DNA of 21,039 nt from a virus (lineage: Duplodnaviria; Heunggongvirae; Uroviricota; Caudoviricetes). The position numbers were made by a program, and so were the translations under genes. This document shows positions 1-8,597 of the stretch, in pieces. The notes below the pieces were generated by a model. The model saw only the letters and a list, made by a program, of their open reading frames with translations, searched no databases and was not told the origin of the DNA. Location: IMG/VR virus record IMGVR_UViG_2718218398_000002. One strand, 5' to 3'. The first letter of the stretch is position 1. Every line of letters starts with the position of its first letter.

Positions 1-558
1 ATGAATACAGCTATAACTTTTTCTAACGAGTCACCAAAAGTCTTTTTCAAAGATGGTCGCCTGGTTACCACCTCTCAAGCTGTTGCCGACTACTTCGATA
101 AACAACATAAACACGTTTTAGCTAAGATTGACACACTCGACTGCTCTCCCGAATTTACATCAGCCAACTTTTCGGCCGATGTTCAGACTGTCGAAATTGG
201 CAACGGCGCAGAACGTGAATCACGATGCTACCTGATCACAAAAGACGGCTTCATGTTCCTCGTAATGGGATTTACTGGCAAAAAAGCAGCCAGACTAAAA
301 GAAGCTTACATTGAAAAATTTAACGCAATGGAAGAAGAACTCCACAAACGTCCTCCTGCAGCACAAAACTCCCCCGCCCCAAATAATGGATGCGCATTAC
401 TGATCCACTTCGATAAACACGGTCAGGTCGAGTTCACAGAAAAAGTCCCCGCCGATGCGATGGTATGCACGCTGGAACGGTTTAAATTTTATCTGGAGCA
501 ACATGGGTGGATCGTTGCCCGTAAAGAACAATTGGTGGAAAGGTTGATGCGGTTTTAA
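1..558 (+). CDS. Rha-family phage regulatory protein
   Basis: 185-aa ORF; the N-terminal half resembles phage Rha regulatory proteins as recalled from memory. Followed by a hairpin terminator at 568..597. The window begins exactly at its ATG. Confidence 0.6.
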   Translation: MNTAITFSNESPKVFFKDGRLVTTSQAVADYFDKQHKHVLAKIDTLDCSPEFTSANFSADVQTVEIGNGAERESRCYLITKDGFMFLVMGFTGKKAARLKEAYIEKFNAMEEELHKRPPAAQNSPAPNNGCALLIHFDKHGQVEFTEKVPADAMVCTLERFKFYLEQHGWIVARKEQLVERLMRF

Positions 559-567
559 TGAATGCAA

Positions 568-597
568 AACCCCGGATGATCACCGGGGTTAATTTTA
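568..597. terminator. bidirectional intrinsic terminator hairpin between rha and the minus-strand small ORF
   Basis: 8-bp perfect stem aaccccgg / ccggggtt around loop atgatca, followed by a U-rich tract on both strands. Confidence 0.5.
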
Positions 598-684
598 TCG
601 AGCGTGATTGCCGCTAATCGCCATCGCTCTGATTGAGCGTAAATCATTCAGGTTATTCAGTTCTTCCTTCTGCTCTCGCTGACG

Positions 685-831
685 TCAATAAATCCCATCA
701 TTGCGATCAACCTCATCCTTAACCATTGATGCGAGCAGTTCTTCCAGTTTCTGCGCTGACAGCTTTACCTGGTGATCTTCAGCATCTTCCCGGGCTATTG
801 TGGTTCGCGCAGTGGCTGATTTTGCTGACAT
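685..831 (-). CDS. hypothetical small charged protein (48 aa from the internal ATG)
   Basis: Listed in the ORF track as 685..966 (93 aa), but that form starts at a TTG lying inside the tfa-downstream hairpin. The internal-ATG product MSAKSATARTTIAREDAEDHQVKLSAQKLEELLASMVKDEVDRNDGIY has no clear SD and no recognisable family. Confidence 0.2.
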   Translation of the reverse strand: MSAKSATARTTIAREDAEDHQVKLSAQKLEELLASMVKDEVDRNDGIY

Positions 832-919
832 CACCACAGGGGGCAGACGGACCATTGAACCATGGCCTCCGGAACAAATAAGGGCAAAAATAACAACCAC
901 TATCGAAAGCTCACAAACT

Positions 920-1068
920 AACCGCAGCACGTTCCTGCATACGACGTGTCTGCGGCATAATCCCAATGATTACTCCCTGACAGGATTTGCAGGCCACTCA
1001 ATATCAGGTGCAGTTGATGTATCAACACGATTCAACAATACCCGATATTTATTCCATGCCTCCAGCAA
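920..1068. repeat. direct repeat copy A (tfa 3' end plus downstream hairpin)
   Basis: About 150 bp, roughly 85-90% identical to 1971..2118. Covers the last ~30 codons of the Tfa-like ORF and the hairpin ccgcagcacg...cgtgtctgcgg. Confidence 0.8.
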
Positions 1069-1239
1069 CGATCTTTCTTCCTCCGTTGCGATTTCCAGAT
1101 CTACAGCATCCTGCAGTGGCGCAATATACTCACTGAATTCCTGGATGTAGAACTGTGTGGTGACGGTCTTCCAGCCATTCGGCTCCTGCTGTATCGAAGC
1201 ATACCAGGCTATTTCAATATCGCTATGCTGCGGCAGCAT
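970..1239 (-). CDS. tail fiber assembly protein-like (Tfa C-terminal domain only)
   Basis: 89-aa ORF whose C-terminus ([44 protein letters not shown]) matches the conserved C-terminus of Tfa chaperones. It has an SD (AAGGGG) 4-5 nt before the ATG and an in-frame stop immediately upstream, so it is either a short standalone Tfa-like protein or a 5'-truncated remnant. Confidence 0.6.
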   Translation of the reverse strand: MLPQHSDIEIAWYASIQQEPNGWKTVTTQFYIQEFSEYIAPLQDAVDLEIATEEERSLLEAWNKYRVLLNRVDTSTAPDIEWPANPVRE

Positions 1240-1266
1240 TTAACCCCTTGTAATTCATCGCCATAA

Positions 1267-1295
1267 TTGATTTAATTCACAAATAAAACTATAAC
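1267..1295 (+). promoter_or_regulatory. putative sigma70 promoter for the methyltransferase gene
   Basis: TTGATT (1267..1272), 17-bp spacer, TATAAC (1290..1295) in an AT-rich divergent intergenic region. The predicted transcription start falls at or after the first ATG, which favours the second ATG at 1308 as the real start. Confidence 0.35.
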
Positions 1296-1964
1296 ATGGT
1301 GAAATCAATGAAAAAAAACACAGATGATGGGGCTAAAATTTACACACCACTTACCCTAAAGCTTTATGACTGGTGGGTTTTGGGAGTATCAAATCGGCTT
1401 GCATGGGGATGTCCTACAAAGGAACACCTTCTTCCACACTTTCTGGAACATGTAGGTAACAACCATCTGGATATTGGTGTTGGAACTGGGTTTTACCTTA
1501 CTCACGTACCTGAGAGTAGTCTGATATCTTTAATGGATTTGAACGAAGCTAGCCTGAACGCGGCATCTACAAGGGCTGGGGAATCAAAAATTAAACATAA
1601 AATTAGCCATGATGTTTTTGAACCTTATCCCGCGGCGTTACATGGTCAATTTGATTCCATTTCCATGTTTTACCTTCTTCACTGCCTGCCTGGAAATATA
1701 TCTACAAAAAGCTGTGTAATACGCAATGCGGCGCAGGCCTTAACTGACGATGGAACTCTATACGGAGCCACAATTCTTGGCGATGGAGTTGTGCACAATA
1801 GCTTCGGTCAAAAACTGATGCGCATTTACAATCAGAAAGGCATCTTTTCAAACACAAAAGATTCCGAAGAAGGCTTAACACATATACTCTCAGAGCATTT
1901 CGAGAATGTTAAAACCAAGGTTCAAGGTACTGTAGTAATGTTTTCCGCTTCAGGGAAAAAATAG
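1296..1964 (+). CDS. class I SAM-dependent methyltransferase, substrate unknown (cargo gene)
   Basis: 222-aa ORF with Rossmann-fold methyltransferase motif I (HLDIGVGTGFY), an acidic residue after beta-2 (LISLMDLNEASL) and a later DDGTLYG motif. No DPPY/NPPY-type DNA-methyltransferase motif. Markedly more AT-rich than the tail genes. Alternative start at ATG 1308 (MKKNTDDG) has a better SD (GGTGA, 5-nt spacing). Confidence 0.6.
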   Translation: MVKSMKKNTDDGAKIYTPLTLKLYDWWVLGVSNRLAWGCPTKEHLLPHFLEHVGNNHLDIGVGTGFYLTHVPESSLISLMDLNEASLNAASTRAGESKIKHKISHDVFEPYPAALHGQFDSISMFYLLHCLPGNISTKSCVIRNAAQALTDDGTLYGATILGDGVVHNSFGQKLMRIYNQKGIFSNTKDSEEGLTHILSEHFENVKTKVQGTVVMFSASGKK

Positions 1965-1970
1965 CATCCA

Positions 1971-2118
1971 ACCGCAGCACGTTCTTGCTTAAGACGTGCT
2001 GCGGCATAATCCCAATGATTACTCCCTGACAGGGTTCGTAGGCCACTCAATATCAGGTGCAGTTGATGTATCAACACGGTTCAGTAACACCCGATACTTT
2101 TTCTAGGCTTCCACCACC
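1971..2118. repeat. direct repeat copy B (tfa 3' remnant plus hairpin)
   Basis: Partner of 920..1068. Contains the hairpin ccgcagcacgtcttaagcaagaacgtgctgcgg and encodes ...[27 protein letters not shown] on the minus strand. Confidence 0.8.
2019..2105 (-). pseudogene. tail fiber assembly gene 3' remnant fused downstream of the pin remnant
   Basis: Minus-strand translation [27 protein letters not shown] then stop, matching the last 27 residues of the Tfa-like ORF at 970..1239. No start codon; it is in frame with the pin remnant through stop codons. Confidence 0.65.
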
Positions 2119-2369
2119 AGCACGACAAGATGCCGCATACAGTGAACCAGTCAGTCCAGTTTTCAGACAACCAGTGCGTCACCTTTTTGAAGGCGCTTTA
2201 AAGCACGTTTTAATCCAGGTCGGCCTGTCCTTGTTCCGCTTAATTTATCTTCAAATATTTGTTCATATCCTGCACAAACAAGAGCGTTTCGTTGCAGATC
2301 TGTATTCTGGTCATTTGTTGATACCCTTACATAGCCAATCAGCACGCTGAATCTCCCGTCCAAAAGCAC
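2106..2369 (-). pseudogene. pin: DNA invertase (Pin/Gin/Hin/Cin serine recombinase family), N-terminal catalytic-domain remnant
   Basis: Translation VLIGYVRVSTNDQNTDLQRNALVCAGYEQIFEDKLSGTRTGRPGLKRALKRLQKGDALVV aligns with the Pin/Gin N-terminus including the catalytic Ser motif. Homology continues in frame through two nonsense substitutions (the W and R codons of the WKLDRLGR region both read TGA) and further missense changes, then is replaced by a tfa 3' end. The C-terminal HTH domain is absent. Confidence 0.8.
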
Positions 2370-2399
2370 AAATCATGCCATGCAGGCCAGAAACCGCCA

Positions 2400-2425
2400 T
2401 TATCTAAAACCTCGGTTTACAGGAA
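2400..2425. repeat. gix/pix-like 26-bp recombination site (left boundary of the invertible segment)
   Basis: TTATCTAAAACCTCGGTTTACAGGAA is a near match to the Gin/Pin crossover-site consensus as recalled. It sits just upstream of the pin remnant and is an inverted partner of 5482..5507. Confidence 0.7.
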
Positions 2426-2470
2426 ACGGTAAACAAGGCTGGTAACGCCGTTCAGCGTTCCGGCGATAAA

Positions 2471-3439
2471 ATGACCGGAGAACTGAAAATTGGCACGGTG
2501 AATGCGCTGCGAATTTTCAATGATGCCTTCGGTCTTATTTTCCGTCGTTCAGAAGATTTTCTTCATTTCATTCCGACGGCTGAAGGACAAGGCGAAAACG
2601 GTGATATCGGCCCATTAAGGCCATTCGCTATAAATCTGAGAACAGGTGCTATATCTGTCAGCCACGGGGCCAAAATTGATGGTGGGCTGGCGCTTGGTAC
2701 AGATAACGCACTGGGCGGTAATTCCATTACTCTCGGAGATAACGACACTGGTATTAAACAGGGCGGCGACGGTGTCCTTTTATTCTATTCAAATGGACAA
2801 CTGGCATTTGGGCTTCAACCCGCATCTGCTGATTTTTATAAGCGGGTTGCATATATTCATCAGGGAATAATTCCTGATGGAAGTGGCGCATTTGCAGACC
2901 AGTTGAATAATGCCACCGCGCCTTTTGTTCAGACGCAGTTTGCCTGGAATCCCACTCCTGGTGGTCTTTACGTGCCGATAGTTAAGGGCTTGTCCATTCG
3001 CAATGGACAGGGCTATCCCGGCGCGGTCAGCTTTGGGTATTTACTGACAGAACAGTATGGATTTCCGGTTCCATGTATTCATATGCGTGGCGATGGCGGT
3101 AATGATGCTTTATGGCAGTTTAACCCGAACGATAAATCCTTTATTTCACCGGGTGCTCTTATTGCGGGTGGCGTCCGTTATAACACCGATGGAAATATAT
3201 TTGGTGGGTGCTGGGGGTCAAACTTAAATGATTACCTGAATAGTTCTTTTATCAGAAATGTGCGTCTGGGAGGCAGACGTTCTGACACATTATATCGCGG
3301 AGGACTTTGCGAACCAGGTAATGGTCATGTGACAACAGGATTGCAAATTATTGGTGAGGTTGATGGAGATGACTGGATGGTGTCACGACCACTACAAAAA
3401 TACATTTCTGGTAACTGGTATAACGTTGAACAGGCATAG
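2471..3439 (+). CDS. alternative tail fiber C-terminal cassette (silent variable part, S'v-like)
   Basis: 322-aa ORF; the frame is open from 2408, directly after the gix-like site. Shares GGNSI(T/V)LGDNDTG and the C-terminal PxQKYIxGxWYNV motif with the C-terminus of the expressed fiber at 4549..7374 but differs elsewhere. No promoter or RBS of its own. Confidence 0.75.
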   Translation: MTGELKIGTVNALRIFNDAFGLIFRRSEDFLHFIPTAEGQGENGDIGPLRPFAINLRTGAISVSHGAKIDGGLALGTDNALGGNSITLGDNDTGIKQGGDGVLLFYSNGQLAFGLQPASADFYKRVAYIHQGIIPDGSGAFADQLNNATAPFVQTQFAWNPTPGGLYVPIVKGLSIRNGQGYPGAVSFGYLLTEQYGFPVPCIHMRGDGGNDALWQFNPNDKSFISPGALIAGGVRYNTDGNIFGGCWGSNLNDYLNSSFIRNVRLGGRRSDTLYRGGLCEPGNGHVTTGLQIIGEVDGDDWMVSRPLQKYISGNWYNVEQA

Positions 3440-3455
3440 CCATCAGGAGAATATA

Positions 3456-3982
3456 TGCAACATCTGAAAAATATTACCGCCGGAAACCCCAAAACCATTG
3501 AGCAGTATCAGCTTACGAAAAAAGCTGGCGTTATCTGGCTATATACAGAAGACGGTAAAAACTGGTATGACGAATTAAAAAAACTTTCAGGATGATACTT
3601 TAAAAATAGCTTATGACCAGAAGGGGATTATTCGTTGTATTGAGAAAGACGTATCAACACTTAACCCTGACGGGTTAAGTGTTGTTGAGTTACCGAATAT
3701 AACAGCCAACCGTCGCGCCGATATCTCGGGAAACTGGAAGTTTCTGGATGGTAAAGTAGTAAAGCGGGAATATACAAAACAGGAACTGCAACAGCAGGCA
3801 GAGTTACAAAAAGCCGCTTTGCTTTCCGAAGCGGAGTCTGTGATTCAACCGCTGGAACGTGCTGTCAGACTGAATATGGCAACTGATGAGGAACGCACAC
3901 GACTGGAATCATGGGAACGCTACAGCGTTATGGTCAGCCGTGTGGATACTGCAAAGCCTGAATGGCCACAGAAACCAGAATA
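3456..3982 (+). pseudogene. tail fiber assembly protein (alternative cassette tfa'), frameshifted
   Basis: SD AGGAG 6 nt before ATG 3456. N-terminus [41 protein letters not shown] parallels Tfa at 4014..4547. The frame breaks in an A7 run at 3577..3583 (one extra A relative to the in-frame reading) and homology continues in another frame to ...[13 protein letters not shown]. Confidence 0.75.
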
Positions 3983-3992
3983 ACAACAAATT

Positions 3993-4017
3993 AAGGCCCG
4001 TACGGGCCTTTTCTTAT
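3993..4017. terminator. hairpin between the convergent tfa' and tfa genes
   Basis: aaggcccg ta cgggcctt followed by TTTTCTT on the plus strand; it sits between the two convergent stop codons. Confidence 0.5.
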
Positions 4018-4547
4018 TCTGGTGGTTCCGGGAATGTTACAGGAAGAACCGAGGTATCAGTTGTCTCAACCTGTTGCACGTATCGCATCCAGTTCATCAG
4101 TTGCTGTCTGTCTGAATCAGTGATAATCCCCAAAGTAAGCTGTGTTTGCCAGAACTGCGTTTTTTCTCTGGCCTGCTGTAATAATATTTTTTTCTGGTTT
4201 TCCGTCTGTAGGCGCAACTCTTCTTCGGTATATACACGTTTAATGACTGCGCCATCTTTAAACATCCATTTACCTGAGTCGTCAGCACGCCGGTTGGCGG
4301 TAATATCAGGAATCTCAACGACGCTATAACCTTCAGGGTTAAGTGTGGAGGCATCTTTGGTTATGGCAACAATAATATTATTTTCATCGTAAACAATCTT
4401 TATGGTGTCTGGCTGAAAGTTTTTCACTTCCTCATACCAGTTTTTTCCGTCCTCAGAGTAAAGCCAGATAACTCCGTGTTTCTTTGTTAACTCATACTGT
4501 TCCAGTGTTTTAGCATTACCCGCTTTTATGTTCTTTAAGTGCATCAT
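4014..4547 (-). CDS. tfa: tail fiber assembly protein
   Basis: 177-aa intact ORF immediately downstream of the fiber gene, ending in the Tfa-type ...FPEPPE C-terminus and paralogous to the frameshifted tfa'. Confidence 0.85.
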   Translation of the reverse strand: MMHLKNIKAGNAKTLEQYELTKKHGVIWLYSEDGKNWYEEVKNFQPDTIKIVYDENNIIVAITKDASTLNPEGYSVVEIPDITANRRADDSGKWMFKDGAVIKRVYTEEELRLQTENQKKILLQQAREKTQFWQTQLTLGIITDSDRQQLMNWMRYVQQVETTDTSVLPVTFPEPPE

Positions 4548-4548
4548 A

Positions 4549-7374
4549 TTAAACGCTCGCTACATTATACCAGGTGCCATTTATATACTTTTGAACGGGT
4601 CTGTAATAAACGCCCGCTATATTATCGGCAGAGTTAGACCCTGTATCCTGAACATTAATACCAGACAATACATGACCTGAAGGGCACTGGAAATTCCATG
4701 TTTGCCAGTTGTTCACTCCATAATATTGCTGTGAACCAAGTCGAACATCTTTCACATAACGGGAATCAAAGTTACCGTAATCCGAGGGGTTAACACGCCC
4801 TGTAATATTTATGGTTTTATTACTTTGAATGCTTCCGGAGACAAAGCGCATAACATGGACGTTATTAGCATAAACATCCAGATTACCATCGCCATTTTGT
4901 TTAAAGCCCGTGTCATTATCACCCAATACAATCGAATTACCGCCAAGAGCACTGGATGTTCCGATACCCAGTGCACCATTCAGTTGACCACCAGATAACG
5001 GCAGTGCACCAACATCTCCTGCTGAAGGCTTTCTGGTGGTGGTGTAAAATTCGGACCAGTCGGCTTCAAAACCATAACCATCACGGGCTGAACGATAAAA
5101 AATACCGCCATTTTTATAATTAATCCGAAACTGAGCTGCAGGACAACTTCCTTCTCCCATATAAAAATGAATAATTAACGTTGATGCACCACTAATAGTT
5201 GCGTTATAGGCTCCGCTACTCCAGTTCCATCCAACTGCTTTATCATTCGCAACGGTGCTTCCTGTTTTCCCTAAGGCAAACGCACCAACATGACTTGCTT
5301 TTAATGTGATATCGGAGGAACCATCAAAAGCCACATTGCTTATTTTCCTGGCAGTTTTTAATTTTGCAGCTGTAGAAGCATTGCCGGATAGTTCACCAGA
5401 AAGGCCACCGCTGAATGTTTGTCGATTAGTCCAGGTATTCGCTGTACTGAGTAACGGTATTTTCTCCCCGCTTGTGCCGAGTTCTCGTAAACCGAGGTAT
5501 TCGATAACGGCGGCAACGGTCGATTTCGCAAGAATATCCCGCCCAACTTTTGTCAGGGTTGCCAGACTGGCAACATCATTCCCCGTAAAATACGGAAACC
5601 TGTCTGCCGCAGTAGCAAGCCCGGCCAGCGCCGTCAGGGTGGCATCTTTCGGTTGCTTACCCGCAAGCGCGCTAGTCATGGTGGTCGCAAAATTCGGGTC
5701 GTTGCCCAACGCCGCAGCCAGCTCGTTCAGCGTATTCAGTGCGTCAGGCGACGAGTCCACGAGGGCAGCGATCGCAGCCATAACATAAGCCGTGCTTGCG
5801 ATTTGGGTATTATTCGTTCCCTGTCGCGCAGTTGGTGTTGTTGGCGTTCCGGTCAGTGCAGGACTATTTAAGGGCGCTTTCTTGTTCGTTTCACCCATTA
5901 CCGCCTTAACCGCTTTTGGCGTTGCCGCCAGTGACTCGGAAGTGCTGTTGGTCGCACTGCTGAGCTGTACTATCCCCTTTTTCGTCGTGCTCGCATCCTC
6001 AAGCGCCACGGCGGATGCAATATCCTCTGCCCGTTTTGCCGCTGTCTCGGCGCGCGTTGCCGCGGATTCCGCCGTACTTTTGCTCTGAGCTGCCGCCGTC
6101 GCACTGCCAGCTGCCTCTGTCGCCTTCGTGGATGCCGTCGTGGCGCTGCCCTTTGCTGCTGACGCCTGTCTGGTCGCCTCATCTTTTGAAGCAGACGCAG
6201 ATGATGCCGATGACGCCGCTGAACTGGCTGACGATGCGGCTGCCGCCTTAGAGGAAGCAGCATTGTCTGCTGAAGTCTTTGCATTTGTTTCAGAGGTTTT
6301 TGCTGCAGAAGCAGACCTCGCTGCTGCAGTGGCTTGCTCAGTGGCTTTGCCAGCCTTCGTTGTGGCTGTTGAAGCGGATGATGCGGCGCTTTCTGCCGAT
6401 TTTCCGGCGGCGGTGGCACTGGCTGAGGCCTGCCCGGCACTTGTTGACGCGGCACTGGCAGATAATGCAGCCGCTGTTTTTGAACCTGCCGCAGCTGAGG
6501 CGCTCTGTCCCGCTGCTGTTTCAGAAGACTTAGCGTTCGTCTCGGACGTTTTTGCCGCCTTCGCGGAATTTCCTGCCGCCGTTGCCGAGGAAGCTGCACT
6601 ACTGGCACTTGATGATGCATTCGTTTCTGAAGATTTCGCTGCCTCTTTTGAGGCCGCCGCACCCCGTGCCGAGGTGGCAGCTTCTGACGCCTTCGTGGTC
6701 GCTGTGGATGCAGAAGTGGCTGCCGATTTTTGTGATGCTGCGGCATTCGTTTCTGACGTTTTCGCGGCACTGGCGCTGGTAGCTGCCGCGCTTTTTGATG
6801 ACTCTGCAGCAGCAGCACTTTTTGCTGCTTCACGGGCCTTTGTCGATGCCGTTCCTGCGCTGGAAGACGCTGACTGAGCCGACGACGCGGCCTGTCCGGC
6901 TGACGTGCTGGCGGCACGTGATGAGGCTGCAGCATCGGTTGCATGAGTTGCCGCCTCGCTGGCTGATGCACTGGCATCGCTGGCTGATTTTTTCGCGGCT
7001 GCCGTATTCTGTGCAACCGCGGAGGCGTTACGTGACACCTCTTCTACCATCTGCTCAAAGCGGCGCAGTGCCTCCGGTCGTACATCATCCTCCGTCATGG
7101 CACCGAGAAAATCATTCAGCGTACCTGGTCTGGAACCTTCATAGACGGTAATGGTCCCGGCATGTGAAGGCGGAAAACCTTCAACCAGCAGGGTGACGCT
7201 GTACTGACCATGCTCAACATCCATGCTGTAACGTCCGGCTTCATCCGGATTTTCAGAGGCCACCGTGTTCACCACCACCGTGCTGCTGGTTCGTCTGGCC
7301 TTCAGCACAATGGTGCAGTTCTGTACTGGTTTTCCTGTGCCATCTTTAAGCACGCCAGAAATTTTTACTGTCAT
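4549..7374 (-). CDS. stf: side tail fiber protein, lambda Stf-like N-terminus with an invertible-cassette C-terminus
   Basis: 941-aa intact ORF with RBS GGTGGA. N-terminus [26 protein letters not shown]... and the long Ala/Ser/Thr-rich repeat region resemble lambda Stf as recalled. The C-terminal ~316 aa lie inside the invertible segment and end in [18 protein letters not shown]. Confidence 0.9.
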   Translation of the reverse strand: MTVKISGVLKDGTGKPVQNCTIVLKARRTSSTVVVNTVASENPDEAGRYSMDVEHGQYSVTLLVEGFPPSHAGTITVYEGSRPGTLNDFLGAMTEDDVRPEALRRFEQMVEEVSRNASAVAQNTAAAKKSASDASASASEAATHATDAAASSRAASTSAGQAASSAQSASSSAGTASTKAREAAKSAAAAESSKSAAATSASAAKTSETNAAASQKSAATSASTATTKASEAATSARGAAASKEAAKSSETNASSSASSAASSATAAGNSAKAAKTSETNAKSSETAAGQSASAAAGSKTAAALSASAASTSAGQASASATAAGKSAESAASSASTATTKAGKATEQATAAARSASAAKTSETNAKTSADNAASSKAAAASSASSAASSASSASASKDEATRQASAAKGSATTASTKATEAAGSATAAAQSKSTAESAATRAETAAKRAEDIASAVALEDASTTKKGIVQLSSATNSTSESLAATPKAVKAVMGETNKKAPLNSPALTGTPTTPTARQGTNNTQIASTAYVMAAIAALVDSSPDALNTLNELAAALGNDPNFATTMTSALAGKQPKDATLTALAGLATAADRFPYFTGNDVASLATLTKVGRDILAKSTVAAVIEYLGLRELGTSGEKIPLLSTANTWTNRQTFSGGLSGELSGNASTAAKLKTARKISNVAFDGSSDITLKASHVGAFALGKTGSTVANDKAVGWNWSSGAYNATISGASTLIIHFYMGEGSCPAAQFRINYKNGGIFYRSARDGYGFEADWSEFYTTTRKPSAGDVGALPLSGGQLNGALGIGTSSALGGNSIVLGDNDTGFKQNGDGNLDVYANNVHVMRFVSGSIQSNKTINITGRVNPSDYGNFDSRYVKDVRLGSQQYYGVNNWQTWNFQCPSGHVLSGINVQDTGSNSADNIAGVYYRPVQKYINGTWYNVASV
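5482..5507. repeat. gix/pix-like 26-bp recombination site inside stf (right boundary of the invertible segment)
   Basis: TTCTCGTAAACCGAGGTATTCGATAA matches the reverse complement of the 2400..2425 site at 22 of 26 positions with an identical central AAACCGAGGT core. It encodes ...[11 protein letters not shown]... at the constant/variable junction of the fiber. Confidence 0.65.
5990..7010 (-). repeat. imperfect tandem repeats encoding the Ala/Ser/Thr-rich low-complexity region of the fiber
   Basis: Repeated peptide units such as [10 protein letters not shown] and [21 protein letters not shown]-rich and repetitive DNA that also produces long spurious ORFs in other frames (5970..7016 minus, 6128..6877 plus). 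Confidence 0.7.
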
Positions 7375-7388
7375 ACTTTTCCACCAAT

Positions 7389-7420
7389 AAAAAAAGCCCG
7401 CAGCAGTGACGCCACGGGCT
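7389..7420 (-). terminator. intrinsic terminator downstream of lom
   Basis: Stem agcccg...cgggct followed on the minus strand by a U7 tract; located between the lom stop and the stf RBS. Confidence 0.5.
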
Positions 7421-7520
7421 TCAGGACAGTGTAACTTTACGTTTCCTCAAACGCAGTTCACCCCATAAGGTGGATGAACCTGCGTATCATAACAATATTT
7501 ACAGAAGATAAATCGGCGTC

Positions 7521-7750
7521 TGTTGTCAGAAACGGTATCCGATACCAACAATAAATGCATCCGTTCGCCAGTCGCCACTACCGGAACCTTCATAAGCAAG
7601 GTCAATGGTCACGGATTCGGTCGGGTTAAACTGCACGCCAGCCCCCCACGCCAGAGACGTGTTGCTGTGGCGACCGTCATCACTTCCGGTCAGCACATCG
7701 TGCGTTTTCCCCTTGTTGTCAGTTACGCGGAGATAATCCCCGGAGAAAGT
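7521..7750 (-). pseudogene. lom: lom (Ail/Lom-family outer membrane protein) 3' fragment, separated by the IS insertion
   Basis: Minus-strand translation ...SGDYLRVTDNKGKTHDVLTGSDDGRHSNTSLAWGAGVQFNPTESVTIDLAYEGSGSGDWRTDAFIVGIGYRF then stop, matching the lambda Lom C-terminus. Confidence 0.85.
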
Positions 7751-7836
7751 TGCGTATTACCGTGAAGGAGATCGGTGAGTAACATCGATGGAGATCGGTT
7801 CGTGTCACTTTCACAGAACCGTTTTTTAAATTACCT

Positions 7837-8586
7837 TCACTGATCTCCTTCGGTCAACGGAGATTGTATTTTCCGCATTGATTCTCCTTTAAGTTCGATC
7901 TTGATACTGCCATGAACCAGTCGATCTAGGATGGCATCCGCATGTGTGGAGTCTCCGATCATTTTGTACCAGTTTTCCACCGGCAACTGGCTCACTACGA
8001 TGATTGAGCCTCGTTGGTACATCAGATCCACTATTTCCAGCAGGTCGCTACGCTGTTCTGATGAGAGAGGTTCCAGCCCCCAGTCATCCAGAAGCAGCAG
8101 ATCGCTATTATTCAGCCTGGTCAAAAGTTTGCTGTATCTTCCATCAGCATGCCCCTGATAGCACTGTTCCATCAGCGCTTTAAGGCGATAATAGTAGACC
8201 TTGTATCCCTGTCGGCAGGCATTATGACCAAGTGCACATGCCAGGAACGTTTTACCGCTGCCGGTGGCCCCGGTCAGTAAAATATTTTGTTTCAGGGTTA
8301 ACCAGTTTCCCTGACTGAGTGAACGGATGAGGGCCCTGTCCAGCCCTCTATTGTTACGATAATCCAGCTTTGATAACTCAGCATTAAGTCTGAACCGTGC
8401 ATGTTTGATCAGACGCTCTGCCTTCCTGTTTTCACGGCAGGTTAGTTCTTCTGCTGTCAGTAATGACAGGCGTTCTTCGAAGCCCAGCTCCTGGTATGTG
8501 CCCGGTTGAGCAAGTTGCTTTTTAAGCGCATCACGGAAGCCGGTGAGTTTAAGTGCGGTCAGTTGTTCGTAAAGATGATTCATCAT
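7837..8586 (-). CDS. istB: IS21-family transposition helper ATPase IstB
   Basis: 249-aa ORF with a Walker A motif (LTGATGSGKTFLACALG) and Walker B (LLLLDDWG), typical of IstB. Confidence 0.85.
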   Translation of the reverse strand: MMNHLYEQLTALKLTGFRDALKKQLAQPGTYQELGFEERLSLLTAEELTCRENRKAERLIKHARFRLNAELSKLDYRNNRGLDRALIRSLSQGNWLTLKQNILLTGATGSGKTFLACALGHNACRQGYKVYYYRLKALMEQCYQGHADGRYSKLLTRLNNSDLLLLDDWGLEPLSSEQRSDLLEIVDLMYQRGSIIVVSQLPVENWYKMIGDSTHADAILDRLVHGSIKIELKGESMRKIQSPLTEGDQ

Positions 8587-8597
8587 TGGATCCCGTA

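Noticed and set aside
1296-1964. Possibility that the methyltransferase is an orphan DNA methyltransferase (anti-restriction or epigenetic)
   Set aside because: No DPPY/NPPY-type motif IV and no target-recognition domain; at 222 aa it fits a small-molecule or RNA class I methyltransferase better. It stays unassigned.
2057-2350. 97-aa plus-strand ORF across the pin/tfa remnant
   Set aside because: The minus strand here shows clear Pin-family and Tfa homology; the plus-strand ORF is the antisense of those remnants.
3886-4329. 147-aa plus-strand ORF spanning the tfa'/tfa junction
   Set aside because: It starts inside the tfa' pseudogene in the wrong frame, runs through the convergent terminator hairpin and is antisense to the intact tfa; no independent support.
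5970-7016. 348-aa Arg/Gln/Pro-rich minus-strand ORF and the overlapping 249-aa plus-strand ORF at 6128..6877
   Set aside because: Both lie wholly inside the stf gene within its repetitive GC-rich Ala/Ser-coding region; alternative frames of such sequence stay open by composition, and neither has start-site support.
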